This document shows positions 30,589 through 40,688 of a stretch of 64,000 nucleotides of DNA, one piece after another. Within the stretch, counting starts at the first letter, position 1; each line of letters starts with the position of its first letter. The stretch comes from Candidatus Latescibacterota bacterium. Lineage in GTDB: Bacteria > Latescibacterota > UBA2968. The position numbers and the translations under genes are program-made. The stretch spans positions 6,656,001 to 6,720,000 of the forward strand of contig OZ240241.1 in assembly GCA_965198115.1 (NCBI GenBank), in the 5' to 3' direction. The notes beneath the pieces are model-generated. The model was not told where the DNA came from, did not search any database, and saw only the letters and a program-made list of their open reading frames with translations.

Positions 30589-30737
30589 GTCGTCTCCCGG
30601 ATGAACTGCGATCAAAGCGGGTGGTAAGATAAGAAAATGGCCGTGCCTCGCCAGACGTGTTCGGTCTTGCGGGGCGTGACTTTGTTATATTGGACCCTTG
30701 CACAGAGCAGAAACGGAACCTTTATGGAGGGCTTCCC

Positions 30738-32885
30738 GTGCGGTTTCATAGCCGGGTTTGGCCAATCCTGTCGGCCTGTCTGCTAGCGGCACCCGATGTC
30801 GCACAAGGCGAGACGATACGGCTGATCCACGGAAACGATACCTTCGGGCATCTGAGTCTGGACGATGGGAGTCCATCGTTTCGACTCGCTCGACGCGTCT
30901 CCGCGATCAGGGCGCACTCTGCGGTTCATCCTGCCGTCGTCGTGAGCGCAGGCAACGAGCTGGGGCCGGGGACGCTTTCTGCGTGGGACAAGGGAGCGAC
31001 GATGGTTGGCACGCTGCGACGGGTCGGCACTTCCGCGCTCGTGCCCGGACCCAGGGAGTTCGACTACGGGCTGGACATCCTGACAACCCGCGTGACCGAG
31101 GGAGGCTTCAGCCTGCTCGCCGCCAACCTGGAAGGCGTCGACGCTCAGGCTTACTTGTCGGTGGAGATGAGCGGTGTGCAGGTCGGCCTGATCGGGGTCG
31201 TTTCATCCGGGCTGCTCGACAGGCTGGGATCGGATGTCGCGAACGCTCTGACGGTGACTGATCCATCCGAAGCCATCGCGTCGACCGTGCCGATTCTGCA
31301 AGGCTTCGGTGTGGATGTGATCGTCGTGATCGCCCAGGCGACCGAATCGGAGGCCATCGCCCTTGCGCACGCCCATACCGGAGTGGACCTGGTTGCTTAC
31401 GGCGGCCAGTCGGAACGGGAGGACGACGAGGCAAAACCGACGCTGATCCAGCTGGCCAATGGTGTCCGTCTGGTGACAACACCTCCTGGTGGCCGTCACG
31501 TGGGCGTGGTTGACGTGAGCGTGGAGGCGAGGGGCGACCGCTACGCGATGATCGATGTGGACGCGTCTCTTGCGGAGACGACGATTCACGCACCCGATCC
31601 CGAGACGGAGGCCCAGATCAAAGGCCTGGCGAGACGCTACCTGACCGAGAGCGGATCACTTTTGGGTCAGATCGAGGGAAACTCACGCGACGAGCACGCT
31701 CGAGCGATCGCCAATCTGATGCGGCTCCACACCGAGACGGAGGTCGGCATCGTCTCGCGAGGTTCTTTCACGTCGGTGGCGGCTCCGGCAGGGTTCTACC
31801 GAAGCGATCTCGACTGGCTGATCCGATACGACGACGGGCTGACGAAACTGGAGTTGACCGGCGGTCAGCTGAGACGCGTGGTCGACATCAGTCAGGGACG
31901 GCGAGACTCCGATACGGGTCTAATCTTCGCCGGGCTCGATCCGCACGATCGCACGATCAATGGACGTCCGATTCAGGGGAAGGAGCGTTACCGGGTCGTC
32001 ACGGTCCGTCGTCTCGCAGAGGGTCGGGACGGTTACCCGGTTCTCAGCCAGGGCGCATCGATTCAGAACACGAATATCTCCCTGCGCTCGCTCACGGCAG
32101 CGGGCCTCCAGGCGTGGGGCAAGTTGTCTTCGACGACGTTCAACGAGCTGGAGGTCAAATCGGTCTGGCGGTCGACGCTTTCGATCGAGGGGAGCTTCAA
32201 CCGGAATTATGTGGACTCGACGACGGCTGTCTATCGCGATGCGGGCGAAAGTGTATCGTTTTTGCGTGGAGAGACCAGCTTTGCGTGGAAGGAGACGATG
32301 CGGCATCAGCTGGCTTACGAGACGTCTGGGTCCGTCACGACGCTCGATACGAGGAGCGATTTTGGTCGTGTCGGCGGCGAAACGTCGTCGGATCAGCTGG
32401 ATACGGAGCTGAGCCACCGGTGGCGGCTTCAGAGGATACAGGCCGATCCATTCGTTTCGACCGGATTCCGAACGGGGTTCACAGAGGGACGGCCGTATCA
32501 GGTCAGAGGATTGGCGGGCTTCCAACGAAGGTTCCTAAAGCGGTGGGTGGCCGAGTTCGCCGCACGCGGCCAACGCGACTTCAACGAGGATCAGAGCGAC
32601 TACGGTGCGGAGATTACATTGAACTATCAGTTGCGACTGAAACAGGGCGGACGTTTTCGGTCGAAGGTGGAGAGCTTCTTCGGTTTTTCGGACCGAAAAG
32701 TCATCGCGATCGAGAACTACAACACATTGGCGTTCCCGCTGGCCGGAGAGCTCAGCCTGACGGTTCGACAGAACAACTTCATTTATCGGGTCGATAAGAT
32801 TCGGGGCGTTTCGGTCGACGGCGTCGCCGTGCGGAGCGAGCTGACGATCGGGCTTGCCTATGGATTGGATTGGAAGTGGATATAG
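30738..32885 (+). CDS. Exported 5'-nucleotidase-fold protein with degenerate active site and C-terminal outer-membrane beta-barrel
   Basis: Signal-like N-terminus; IHGNDTFG, SAGNE, PGPREFDYG, LAANL, GGQSE; 5'-nucleotidase C-domain; amphipathic strands from ~32160 ending GLAYGLDWKWI. Confidence 0.7.
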   Translation: MRFHSRVWPILSACLLAAPDVAQGETIRLIHGNDTFGHLSLDDGSPSFRLARRVSAIRAHSAVHPAVVVSAGNELGPGTLSAWDKGATMVGTLRRVGTSALVPGPREFDYGLDILTTRVTEGGFSLLAANLEGVDAQAYLSVEMSGVQVGLIGVVSSGLLDRLGSDVANALTVTDPSEAIASTVPILQGFGVDVIVVIAQATESEAIALAHAHTGVDLVAYGGQSEREDDEAKPTLIQLANGVRLVTTPPGGRHVGVVDVSVEARGDRYAMIDVDASLAETTIHAPDPETEAQIKGLARRYLTESGSLLGQIEGNSRDEHARAIANLMRLHTETEVGIVSRGSFTSVAAPAGFYRSDLDWLIRYDDGLTKLELTGGQLRRVVDISQGRRDSDTGLIFAGLDPHDRTINGRPIQGKERYRVVTVRRLAEGRDGYPVLSQGASIQNTNISLRSLTAAGLQAWGKLSSTTFNELEVKSVWRSTLSIEGSFNRNYVDSTTAVYRDAGESVSFLRGETSFAWKETMRHQLAYETSGSVTTLDTRSDFGRVGGETSSDQLDTELSHRWRLQRIQADPFVSTGFRTGFTEGRPYQVRGLAGFQRRFLKRWVAEFAARGQRDFNEDQSDYGAEITLNYQLRLKQGGRFRSKVESFFGFSDRKVIAIENYNTLAFPLAGELSLTVRQNNFIYRVDKIRGVSVDGVAVRSELTIGLAYGLDWKWI

Positions 32886-32949
32886 CGAAAGGATATTGCC
32901 ACATACTCGCTGCGGAGTAGGGTCCAAGTTTCTCGGAGGAATGAAGCTG

Positions 32950-33085
32950 AGCGGGGGAGGAGGGAGCGGGTGACGGGGTGACAAAGCCTGGCGATGAGAC
33001 TATTGAAAAGAGGCGGCTGGATTGGTAGGATCGAATCAGTCGCCTTTGTATGTCACCCGCTCTCCCGTTCACCCCGTCTCACGGT
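32950..33085. repeat. Octamer-like repeats in inverted orientation between convergent genes
   Basis: GAGCGGGTGAC (~32964) is the reverse complement of GTCACCCGCTC (~33052). Confidence 0.45.
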
Positions 33086-33103
33086 CTTTCTTCCGTCTCC
33101 CGC

Positions 33104-33616
33104 TCAGCTCTTCTGCCGCCATATCTCCCAAACGAGGTGGGAGAGTTCGGGGACGATGAGCTTTTCCATTGCGAGGCGGACGGCGCCCGACGATCCGGGC
33201 ATGCAGAAGATCATGGTATCCCTGTAGACACCGGCGACGGCTCTTGAGAGCATTGCGCCGGAACCGATGTCGTCCCAGCTGAGGAAGCGGAAGACTTCAC
33301 CGAATCCGTCGAGGCGTTTTTCGAGCAGGGAGGTGACGGCCTCGTAAGTCGTGTCTCTCGCCGCGATACCGGTGCCTCCGTTCGTCAGGATGACGTGGCA
33401 GTCGCCATCTTCTGCGATTTTCCGAATCAACGCCCGAATCTCGTCCGCCTCGTCCTTCACCACCGCATAGTGGCCGACGCTGTGGCCCCCATCTTCCAGC
33501 AACTCGTGGATGATTTTACCGCTTTTATCGTCGGCTTCGGTTCGCGTGTCGCTGATGGTCAGGATCGCACAGGTGACGGCATCCTTGGCCTGGGCGACGT
33601 GGTCTTCATACGGCAT
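33104..33616 (-). CDS. moaB: Molybdenum cofactor biosynthesis protein B (MoaB/MogA)
   Basis: LTISDTR..DKSG, TNGGTGIAARDTTYEA, GFGEVFR, AMLSRA, MPGSSGAV. Confidence 0.9.
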   Translation of the reverse strand: MPYEDHVAQAKDAVTCAILTISDTRTEADDKSGKIIHELLEDGGHSVGHYAVVKDEADEIRALIRKIAEDGDCHVILTNGGTGIAARDTTYEAVTSLLEKRLDGFGEVFRFLSWDDIGSGAMLSRAVAGVYRDTMIFCMPGSSGAVRLAMEKLIVPELSHLVWEIWRQKS

Positions 33617-33697
33617 GAATGCTCCTTCCGGGGTGATAGAGTTCGGCTGCAGAGGCGAAACTTACGCAAAGTGGCGGTGAGTGAAGAAAAAAAGTGC

Positions 33698-33725
33698 TCA
33701 AGTTTGGGGCGACCGAGGTCGATAA
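33698..33725 (+). promoter_or_regulatory. Putative sigma28 (FliA/SigD) promoter
   Basis: TCAAGTTT-N12-GTCGATAA versus consensus TAAAGTTT-N11-GCCGATAA. Confidence 0.55.
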
Positions 33726-33763
33726 ATCAGAATAGGAGGAATCCCTCGAACAGGAACGTTCCC

Positions 33764-34960
33764 TTGCAGATTATTCCCCTATCAACGTCCCCATCGCCGG
33801 TCGGTGTTAGTTCTACTGGAGATTCGCGTCCGACTGTTCCTCTGCTGAACGAGGAACGGGACACGGTCGAGCTATCGAGCGAGCGACCGCCCCCGTTGGG
33901 GCAGGCGGAAGCGCTTCCGGGACAGGGCGAATCACCAAAAGTCATCGGTCTCTGTCCTGACTGTGGGCGAATTCACGCGTTGAGCGTCGATGCAGGCGGG
34001 GGATCCGCCTCTCCAGTTCAGACCGCATCTCCCCTGGTGGAGAACGCGCCAAAGGGTGTGGATGCCGGGACACCGGGCGAGTCGCCGCTTCCGGCAGGGT
34101 CGATCGATCCTCACTCCGCCGCCGGCCAGAGTCACGACGAAGCGGTGGGTGAAGAAGAGACGGATTCGGAGGCTGGCGCAGCCGAGGCTTCGGAGAAGCG
34201 GAGTCTGACAGGAGAGGAGCTGACCGACGAACAACGTCAGGAAGTCGAGCGGCTGAAAGAGCGGGATCGCGAGGTCCGTGCCCACGAGCAGGCACACGTC
34301 GCCGCCGGCGGCCAATACGTGGGCGGAGGCGTGCAGTTCGAGTACGAAACGGGACCGAATGGTCGTCGCTATGCCGTGGGGGGCGAAGTGTCAATCGACT
34401 CTTCGCCGGTTTCGGGGGATCCGCAGAAGACGATCCAGAAGGCCCAACAGATTCGGCGAGCGGCGATGGCACCGGCCGAGCCGTCGGGTGCGGACCATCG
34501 CGCTGCTGCTTCGGCTTCGCAGATGGAAGCCAAGGCTCGGCAGGAAGTGATCGAGGAACGGATGGATGGAGGCGACAGTTCGGATGACGCCACAGAAGCG
34601 GCGATCGGAGACGTGCTGGATGAGGGGATGGACGTCGAGGCCGAAACGCCCTCATCGGGAACGGATTCGGATGCCAGCCTCCCGAACGGCGCGTTGGATG
34701 TGAACGATGTGACCGGGACTACGGCTGTGGTCGAGGGGTCGGATATGGATGAGGGGTCGGGTGTTGAAGGATCGATCAGCTCTCCGGCGTTCGATGTGGT
34801 TACGACGGGTGACGATGAGGCGTCCGAGCAGGCTCAGGCTCCTTCACCGATGGATGTTCCCGAGATCGACGGGGCGAGCATCGTTCCGAGTGTCGTGACG
34901 CTGTCTTACGCCGATCAGGCCGCGTCCCCGGCAGGTTCTTTCGTGGATCTTTATCGCTGA
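33764..34960 (+). CDS. SprA-related family protein
   Basis: LKERDREVRAHEQAHVAAGG..YETGPNGRRYAVGGEVSID..AAMAPAEPSGAD core; acidic low-complexity flanks; start uncertain. Confidence 0.85.
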   Translation: MQIIPLSTSPSPVGVSSTGDSRPTVPLLNEERDTVELSSERPPPLGQAEALPGQGESPKVIGLCPDCGRIHALSVDAGGGSASPVQTASPLVENAPKGVDAGTPGESPLPAGSIDPHSAAGQSHDEAVGEEETDSEAGAAEASEKRSLTGEELTDEQRQEVERLKERDREVRAHEQAHVAAGGQYVGGGVQFEYETGPNGRRYAVGGEVSIDSSPVSGDPQKTIQKAQQIRRAAMAPAEPSGADHRAAASASQMEAKARQEVIEERMDGGDSSDDATEAAIGDVLDEGMDVEAETPSSGTDSDASLPNGALDVNDVTGTTAVVEGSDMDEGSGVEGSISSPAFDVVTTGDDEASEQAQAPSPMDVPEIDGASIVPSVVTLSYADQAASPAGSFVDLYR

Positions 34961-34985
34961 AGCCGGATCAGAGGTCGAACCACGC

Positions 34986-35018
34986 AGGCCGACTGCCCTT
35001 GGGGCGGCCGGCCTTTTT
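34986..35018 (+). terminator. Intrinsic terminator
   Basis: AGGCCGACTGCCC-TTG-GGGCGGCCGGCC followed by TTTTT. Confidence 0.7.
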
Positions 35019-35050
35019 GTATGGCGGTGAGGTCAAGGTTGCGGAGACGA

Positions 35051-35821
35051 TCAGGACAGTCCCATCGCCTGTAGATTCTTCAGGCTGATTTCGAGGCTTT
35101 CGAAGGGATCGCGCTGACATCGGTCCTGCTCGACGATATACCATCGTGTGCCGGCCTCACGACAGGCTTCGAGGATGGCGGGCCAGTTGAGATTGCCCTC
35201 GCCGACTTCGGCGAACAGTTGCTCGCGACCCTGCATCGTCAGGTCTTTGACGTGAACGAGGTCGGCGCGTCCCCTGGCCTTGCGGATCCAGGCCGCGGGA
35301 TCCCCGCCTCCGTGCTGAATCCAGTAGACGTCGATTTCGAACTGAAAGACCTCGGGATCGGATTCTTCGAACAGGATCTGTAGTGCCGTGCGATCTCCGA
35401 AGCGTTCGAGTTCGAAGCTGTGGTTGTGATAGCCGAACGTCAGCCCTGCGTCGGACAATTTCCTCGCGACCTCCGTGGCTTCGCGAGCAAACCGTGTGAA
35501 GCCCGCTTCCCCATCCTCGCGGTAGGGTTGGGGTAAGCTTCCGATGGCCACGTATCGACAGTCCCAGAGTCGGTGCTCGTCGATGACGGCGTCGGTTTCG
35601 TCTCGCAGCCGATCGTAGGCGACGTGCGTGGCGCAGATGGTGAGGCCCTCGCCGTCGGTCACGGCCTTGAGTTCGGCCGGCTCGATCGGTCCGAACCCCG
35701 AGCACTGGACCGATCGGTAGCCCATCTGTCCGACCCGTCTGAGGGTCGTCGCGATTTCGGCCGGGGTGTTCGTAAAGTCGCGGACCGTGTAGAGTTGGGC
35801 CGCGATCGTGGTCTCTGGCAT
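35051..35821 (-). CDS. Sugar phosphate isomerase/epimerase (xylose isomerase-like TIM barrel)
   Basis: QLYTVRD, YHNHSFE, EIDVYW, HVKD, VEQD. Confidence 0.9.
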   Translation of the reverse strand: MPETTIAAQLYTVRDFTNTPAEIATTLRRVGQMGYRSVQCSGFGPIEPAELKAVTDGEGLTICATHVAYDRLRDETDAVIDEHRLWDCRYVAIGSLPQPYREDGEAGFTRFAREATEVARKLSDAGLTFGYHNHSFELERFGDRTALQILFEESDPEVFQFEIDVYWIQHGGGDPAAWIRKARGRADLVHVKDLTMQGREQLFAEVGEGNLNWPAILEACREAGTRWYIVEQDRCQRDPFESLEISLKNLQAMGLS

Positions 35822-35998
35822 CTGTCTCCTCCACGTTCTCGGGGGTCGCGACAACATACTACCCGCCCCCGACGGGGACCAGCGGATTGTGGTCGATTTT
35901 CGTCGCCTTTCATCTGGCCTTTTCCAGACCGCGCCTATATTTTAGGCTCACATTCGCCGGGCACTCAGAGAAGACACGAAGAGGGGCAGGAGGAACTG

Positions 35999-38245
35999 AT
36001 GCGGAACGCACAGCTGGTCATTTCTGGCCAGAGCCAGCGCAACGAGGATCTTGTGGCAAATTCACGCTACATGCGGGAGTCGGTCGAATCGCAGGTGTTG
36101 GGATTCTCGCTGGATCTGCGGAGGGACAGCGGGTTGACGAGCGACGAGGCTGCTGTGATGACGGCGCTCGAAAAATCGGCCGCACGCACCGCCCTGGCTT
36201 CGCTCGCGTCGCTGGCCGAGATCGGCGAGCTCGATCATCTCGGTGGCGGTCTGGAGCTGATTCCGACCCTCAATATGACGCTCGCCGTTGCCGACAACGA
36301 CGCCATCCACTACACGATCGAACACGCGCACACGAGCATCGGTTATTTCTCGACGCTGGCGAGCTGGGGCTTCATCGACCAGGACCTGGTCGTCGACGGG
36401 TTTCGACGGGGATTGGATATCACGGGCCACGTATCGTGGGTTCCCGGTGGCACACAGCTCAGCGGGGGACGCCTGGGTGTGATGGTCCCCGTAGCCGTCG
36501 GTCAAGCGCTGGGTCTGAGGGCCCATCGCGGGGACGACGCACTCGTCATTTGCCATCTCGGCGATGCGGGATGGCTGTCGGGTCAGGCGTTGAACGGCTT
36601 CCTGGGTGCAGGCGTACACGATGCACCGATCGTGTTCGTGATGAATCGGAACGGGATCCAGCTGTCGGGTCCGACGTCCAGTATCTTGGATCGCGACCCT
36701 CGCGAAATCGTGCAAGCGATGGGTGTCGAGGTGCTTGAAATTCCGTCGTTGCACGACGTGGGCGCCCTGTTCGATGCCTACAGGGAGGCTTCGAAACACG
36801 CCCGCGTGGGTCGTCCGACAATGATCTATCCAGTCGGGCTCCGTTCGACGGAGGAATCGACGGTCACGCTCGCGACGTTCGGTGAGATCTACGGCGTGAC
36901 GGACGAACTGTCGGCCTTCTCCGAACAACACAAGGTTTCGATGGGGACGGAGGTCTGGATCCCCGGCTCGTTGATGAGCTATCGCGATACGGGGCCGATG
37001 TTCGAGTGTCTGTTCTACGTGAATGGGCTCGAGGGGGGCGAAGGCCATCACGACGGGCATATGAAGGATCGTGACTTAGACACGGTGCTGGCGAACCCGA
37101 TGCTGTCCGAAAACGGCGAGGCGAAGGCGATCGCGAAGGTGGGCAACGGGAACCTTCGTGTGACGCAGGCGAGGCCGTCGCCAGGATCACCGAACTTGGT
37201 GCTGGACGGTCGGCTGAAATCGATCGAATTGCCGGCGGTGGGGGAACAGGTGTCCGCACGAAACGGGACGCAGCTGGCCTACGCGACGATCGCCGAAGCC
37301 TTTCCGGATCAGTTTTTCACGGTGTCGTGCGATTTGGACCCATCGACCAAGCTGGACAAGGCGAAAGCGGTCGTGGATGCCAACCACAAGTTCGAGATGG
37401 GGATTACGGAGCAGGCTTCGTCTTTGTTGGCAAACGGCATCGCTCTCAGTTCATCAGGACCGCAGCTCGTCGTTTTTGCGACGTTCGCCGCTTTCTTCGA
37501 GGGGATCGCACGGGAGGGGTTCGAGTTGTGGCGCTACCAACGGAACCTGACAGGTGCGAATGAAGGTGTGAACGTGGCGATGCACCTTTCGCACGTCGGT
37601 GCGTGTACGGGGCGCGATCACTTTTCGGGTTGGAGTCTGGATTGGATCACGTTGGCGATGGGCTACCTGCCTTATCTGCACCGGTTTTATGCACCGTCGG
37701 ACGCGCGGTCCGCATTTGTGGCCGCGTGCGATATGGCCGCTCACTATGGAGGTCACATCATCGGGATTCCACGCGACAACCTGCCCGTACTCGGCAAGCA
37801 GGATGGTTCAGGTCCGTTGTGGGGGGCTGATTCGGTCTGGGAAGCGGTTACGATGTTCAGAACCTACGAGGGCGCGAAGAAGGCGATTCTGGCGATGGGT
37901 GCGCCGACGTATCTGGCGGGCGAAGCGGCTGAGGCGTGCGAGGGAAAGGACCCGGTCGATGTTCACGTCGTGAACGGGTTGCCACTCGAGGATGGGGCGC
38001 TCAATGTTCTCGTCGAGCGCTATCCCGGTGGGCTGGTGACGATCGAAGACGGGCTGATCGGTCACCCGGGCGTGGGGCTCAGGGGGTTCGCCTCACTCGT
38101 GCAGTCTACGGCAGCAGGGCGTGTTCCGCTCGCGCACGTGGGCATCGTCGATCCGACAGTCGCGCCATCGGAAGGTCGTCTTCCGACGTGGGGGCATTTC
38201 GGCATCACGACGGATGCGTTGATCGAAGCTGTCGAGTCACTTTAG
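35999..38245 (+). CDS. Divergent transketolase-family TPP enzyme
   Basis: DHLGGGL, HLGDAG..NRN TPP motif, MGITEQ, ATFAAF, SHVG..GRDH, TIED. Confidence 0.75.
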   Translation: MRNAQLVISGQSQRNEDLVANSRYMRESVESQVLGFSLDLRRDSGLTSDEAAVMTALEKSAARTALASLASLAEIGELDHLGGGLELIPTLNMTLAVADNDAIHYTIEHAHTSIGYFSTLASWGFIDQDLVVDGFRRGLDITGHVSWVPGGTQLSGGRLGVMVPVAVGQALGLRAHRGDDALVICHLGDAGWLSGQALNGFLGAGVHDAPIVFVMNRNGIQLSGPTSSILDRDPREIVQAMGVEVLEIPSLHDVGALFDAYREASKHARVGRPTMIYPVGLRSTEESTVTLATFGEIYGVTDELSAFSEQHKVSMGTEVWIPGSLMSYRDTGPMFECLFYVNGLEGGEGHHDGHMKDRDLDTVLANPMLSENGEAKAIAKVGNGNLRVTQARPSPGSPNLVLDGRLKSIELPAVGEQVSARNGTQLAYATIAEAFPDQFFTVSCDLDPSTKLDKAKAVVDANHKFEMGITEQASSLLANGIALSSSGPQLVVFATFAAFFEGIAREGFELWRYQRNLTGANEGVNVAMHLSHVGACTGRDHFSGWSLDWITLAMGYLPYLHRFYAPSDARSAFVAACDMAAHYGGHIIGIPRDNLPVLGKQDGSGPLWGADSVWEAVTMFRTYEGAKKAILAMGAPTYLAGEAAEACEGKDPVDVHVVNGLPLEDGALNVLVERYPGGLVTIEDGLIGHPGVGLRGFASLVQSTAAGRVPLAHVGIVDPTVAPSEGRLPTWGHFGITTDALIEAVESL

Positions 38246-38354
38246 GCTAATCTCTCTCCGGGGACATCTTCAAGGGCTTCATGGGGACGCACGGTATCCA
38301 ATGCCGTGTGTTTCTCTTTTTTCGACAGCACTTCGAGAGCGGCCCGCCTAACGA

Positions 38355-39662
38355 TCAGAAGATTCGATACTCCAGGGCAGTGGAGAGCGACATCTCCCAC
38401 GGTTTGGATACTCCCCTCAGTACATTCGTTCCCGTTGTGACGTCCGTGTTAACTTCGTTCACTTTTGACTTGTCCAGGCTGAATGTCATTGTGAGTCCAA
38501 TCTTGTTCTCGACGAAGAAGCTGAAGCTGTTTGAAATGCTGTTGCTGTGAGTGGCCGGAATGTCCCGAAAGACCATCTCTTCCGGCTGCTGTGTATCCGG
38601 GTTGATCGAATCCAAGGTCACCGATTCGCTTTTCTCCGAGCTGAACAGGTAAACCAGCTTGTAACTGATTCTGTTGGTGATTTCATAGATGAAGTCCGTC
38701 TTCATCTGTATGTCGTATCGCTGCCCAAATGCTGATGACAGCGGCGTATTCACACCGAAGTCCGTGTTGATCTGTGTGCTCCAGCTGATCGGCCTGGAAT
38801 ACCGGACTCCGAATGAGAAGGCGGGGTCATCGCGATCCTGTCCACGCAGAGGAGTCAACGCCTCCATGCGAACACCGACGGAGATGTCCCACCCATAGAA
38901 GCGTTCGTTGATCCGCTCTATTTCGAGAACCTCTTGCATGCGCAGGACACCGATTGCACCGATGGTCCCAATGACCTCTCCAGATTTCTGAAGTTCGTTC
39001 TGCATATCTTCATACCAGTAGTTCTTGTAGCGATCACCATAGAGCTTCTCGTATTCGTCCTCCTTTTCGATGATGTGACCCAACTCGATTATCGTCTCCT
39101 TCGGAAGACGCTCTGCGACGATGCCTTCCCTCAGGAGGAAGTCTTCGATCCGAACAGCTTTACGAAGGGCCGTCGCGTTGATAAACCGCCCGAATCCCAG
39201 GCCTGAGGTGACGTCGACACCTGGGCGGTCGAAGTCCGTATCGAGATCGGCTTCCGTTTCCCCGAAGAAGAAGAAGCTTCCTTCGTCGCGGTGATACTTT
39301 TTAACTCTGCTTACCAAGTTGGCGTCCGCAGAGCCAACCAGCTGGTCCTGTGCAGTGTCTCTTCTGAATTTGCCCGACCCCCGAAGGTCGATGGAGTATG
39401 CAAAGGGGAGCGACTCGTAGAATTTCTTGTATACGATCGCCATCGTTCCCGTTTGAGAGACGATCGAATCGCCCTTCGATTGCATTTCGAGGGTCAGCGC
39501 GTCGATGCGCAGGTTGTCTGCACGACTGACCGGAACGCTGTAATCCTTGACAGAGACATTTTGAGCCACGGTCTCGCCGTTTGCGATGAGACCGACCAAG
39601 GCCACCGGAGGCCCCCACTTGCGGAGCGCCCCCCATAGCCGCTCGCTGATCCGGTGTCTCAT
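38355..39662 (-). CDS. Putative outer-membrane beta-barrel protein
   Basis: Signal-like N-terminus, alternating-strand pattern with central helical insertion, C-terminal LEYRIF. Confidence 0.6.
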   Translation of the reverse strand: MRHRISERLWGALRKWGPPVALVGLIANGETVAQNVSVKDYSVPVSRADNLRIDALTLEMQSKGDSIVSQTGTMAIVYKKFYESLPFAYSIDLRGSGKFRRDTAQDQLVGSADANLVSRVKKYHRDEGSFFFFGETEADLDTDFDRPGVDVTSGLGFGRFINATALRKAVRIEDFLLREGIVAERLPKETIIELGHIIEKEDEYEKLYGDRYKNYWYEDMQNELQKSGEVIGTIGAIGVLRMQEVLEIERINERFYGWDISVGVRMEALTPLRGQDRDDPAFSFGVRYSRPISWSTQINTDFGVNTPLSSAFGQRYDIQMKTDFIYEITNRISYKLVYLFSSEKSESVTLDSINPDTQQPEEMVFRDIPATHSNSISNSFSFFVENKIGLTMTFSLDKSKVNEVNTDVTTGTNVLRGVSKPWEMSLSTALEYRIF

Positions 39663-39717
39663 GGTTTCCCTCCTTTTTGCGGATCGGTGTTCTATCGAAC
39701 ACGCTTTGTGTGATCGT

Positions 39718-40551
39718 CTATTTTTGACCATCTGAGTCGTCCGTGGATGTGTTTCCGTCGATCTCCGATTCTGTTTCGGTCGAATCGGGCGGAATCATGA
39801 TGAAGGCGAAATCGTCGTAGTCCGCCTTGGCGGGACGCTTGGTGTTGTTCGCGTCGGAGATGACGCTGAGGAACCGTACCGGTCGGGGTTCACCACCGAA
39901 CAGGGCTTTGTAGTCTTCGTAGACGTTGACCTCTTCCCAGACCCACTCACCAGTTCGTTGTTCACCGCTTTGGAGCACGATGACTTTGATCTTGGAGTTA
40001 CCGGCGCTTTCGGTGCGGGTGCCTGCGGGCAGCGTCGCGCTCCACACATATTTGAGCATTCGGGGTCGGAGACCGCCGTAGAACACGAGTCTCACCGCGG
40101 CGCCGCTGTCGTTCAAGTCCTTTGCCTCCTCGTTCCCGCCTTCTGGCAACTTCCAGACACGCCATCGCCATCGCACTTTGTTGTAGATACGGAGGTTGAT
40201 GTCAGCCTTCGTGCCGGCATCGATGGCGGCATCGTCGGTGTCGGCCGCGAGATAGAGATTGCCGTCCTCTTCTACCTCGATGCTGTAGTAGACTTCCTCC
40301 CAGCGGGCGTTGCGCCACCCGCCTTTCTTGGCTTCCCAGGTTGCGGGGAAAGCCTTGATCTGGTCAGGGTAGTCGAACGATTCTAGGTAGTGGATGGAGT
40401 CAGGCAGAGGTGTGTGGAACGACGGTGGTGGCTGGGCGGGTTCACTTCGCGCGACCGTGGATGGCAGCGCGGTCAAGACCCATAAGAGTCCGATCAGGAC
40501 GAGCTGCATCCGGCGTGTCTGCGATCGGATATGGTCGGGGAGGCTATACAT
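39718..40551 (-). CDS. DUF3047-domain exported protein
   Basis: WRWRVWKLP..D.GAAV, KYVWS, VLQSG..WVWEEVNVYEDYKALFG, SDANNT. Confidence 0.8.
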   Translation of the reverse strand: MYSLPDHIRSQTRRMQLVLIGLLWVLTALPSTVARSEPAQPPPSFHTPLPDSIHYLESFDYPDQIKAFPATWEAKKGGWRNARWEEVYYSIEVEEDGNLYLAADTDDAAIDAGTKADINLRIYNKVRWRWRVWKLPEGGNEEAKDLNDSGAAVRLVFYGGLRPRMLKYVWSATLPAGTRTESAGNSKIKVIVLQSGEQRTGEWVWEEVNVYEDYKALFGGEPRPVRFLSVISDANNTKRPAKADYDDFAFIMIPPDSTETESEIDGNTSTDDSDGQK

Positions 40552-40584
40552 CGAGAATAGAAGATCGAGTATCGAACATTGAGG
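40550..40584. repeat. Heptamer tandem repeat (ATCGARW family) x5
   Basis: ATCGAGA ATAGAAG ATCGAGT ATCGAAC ATTGAGG at the DUF3047 start. Confidence 0.6.
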
Positions 40585-40688
40585 GGCGAGGCTCTTTACT
40601 CTGCGTGTCAGCGTCGTGCGACCCTCGGCGCCGAAAAGGAGCCGCTGGGTGAGACGATGGGGTAGACCTCTTCCCGCCCTGACGGGAT

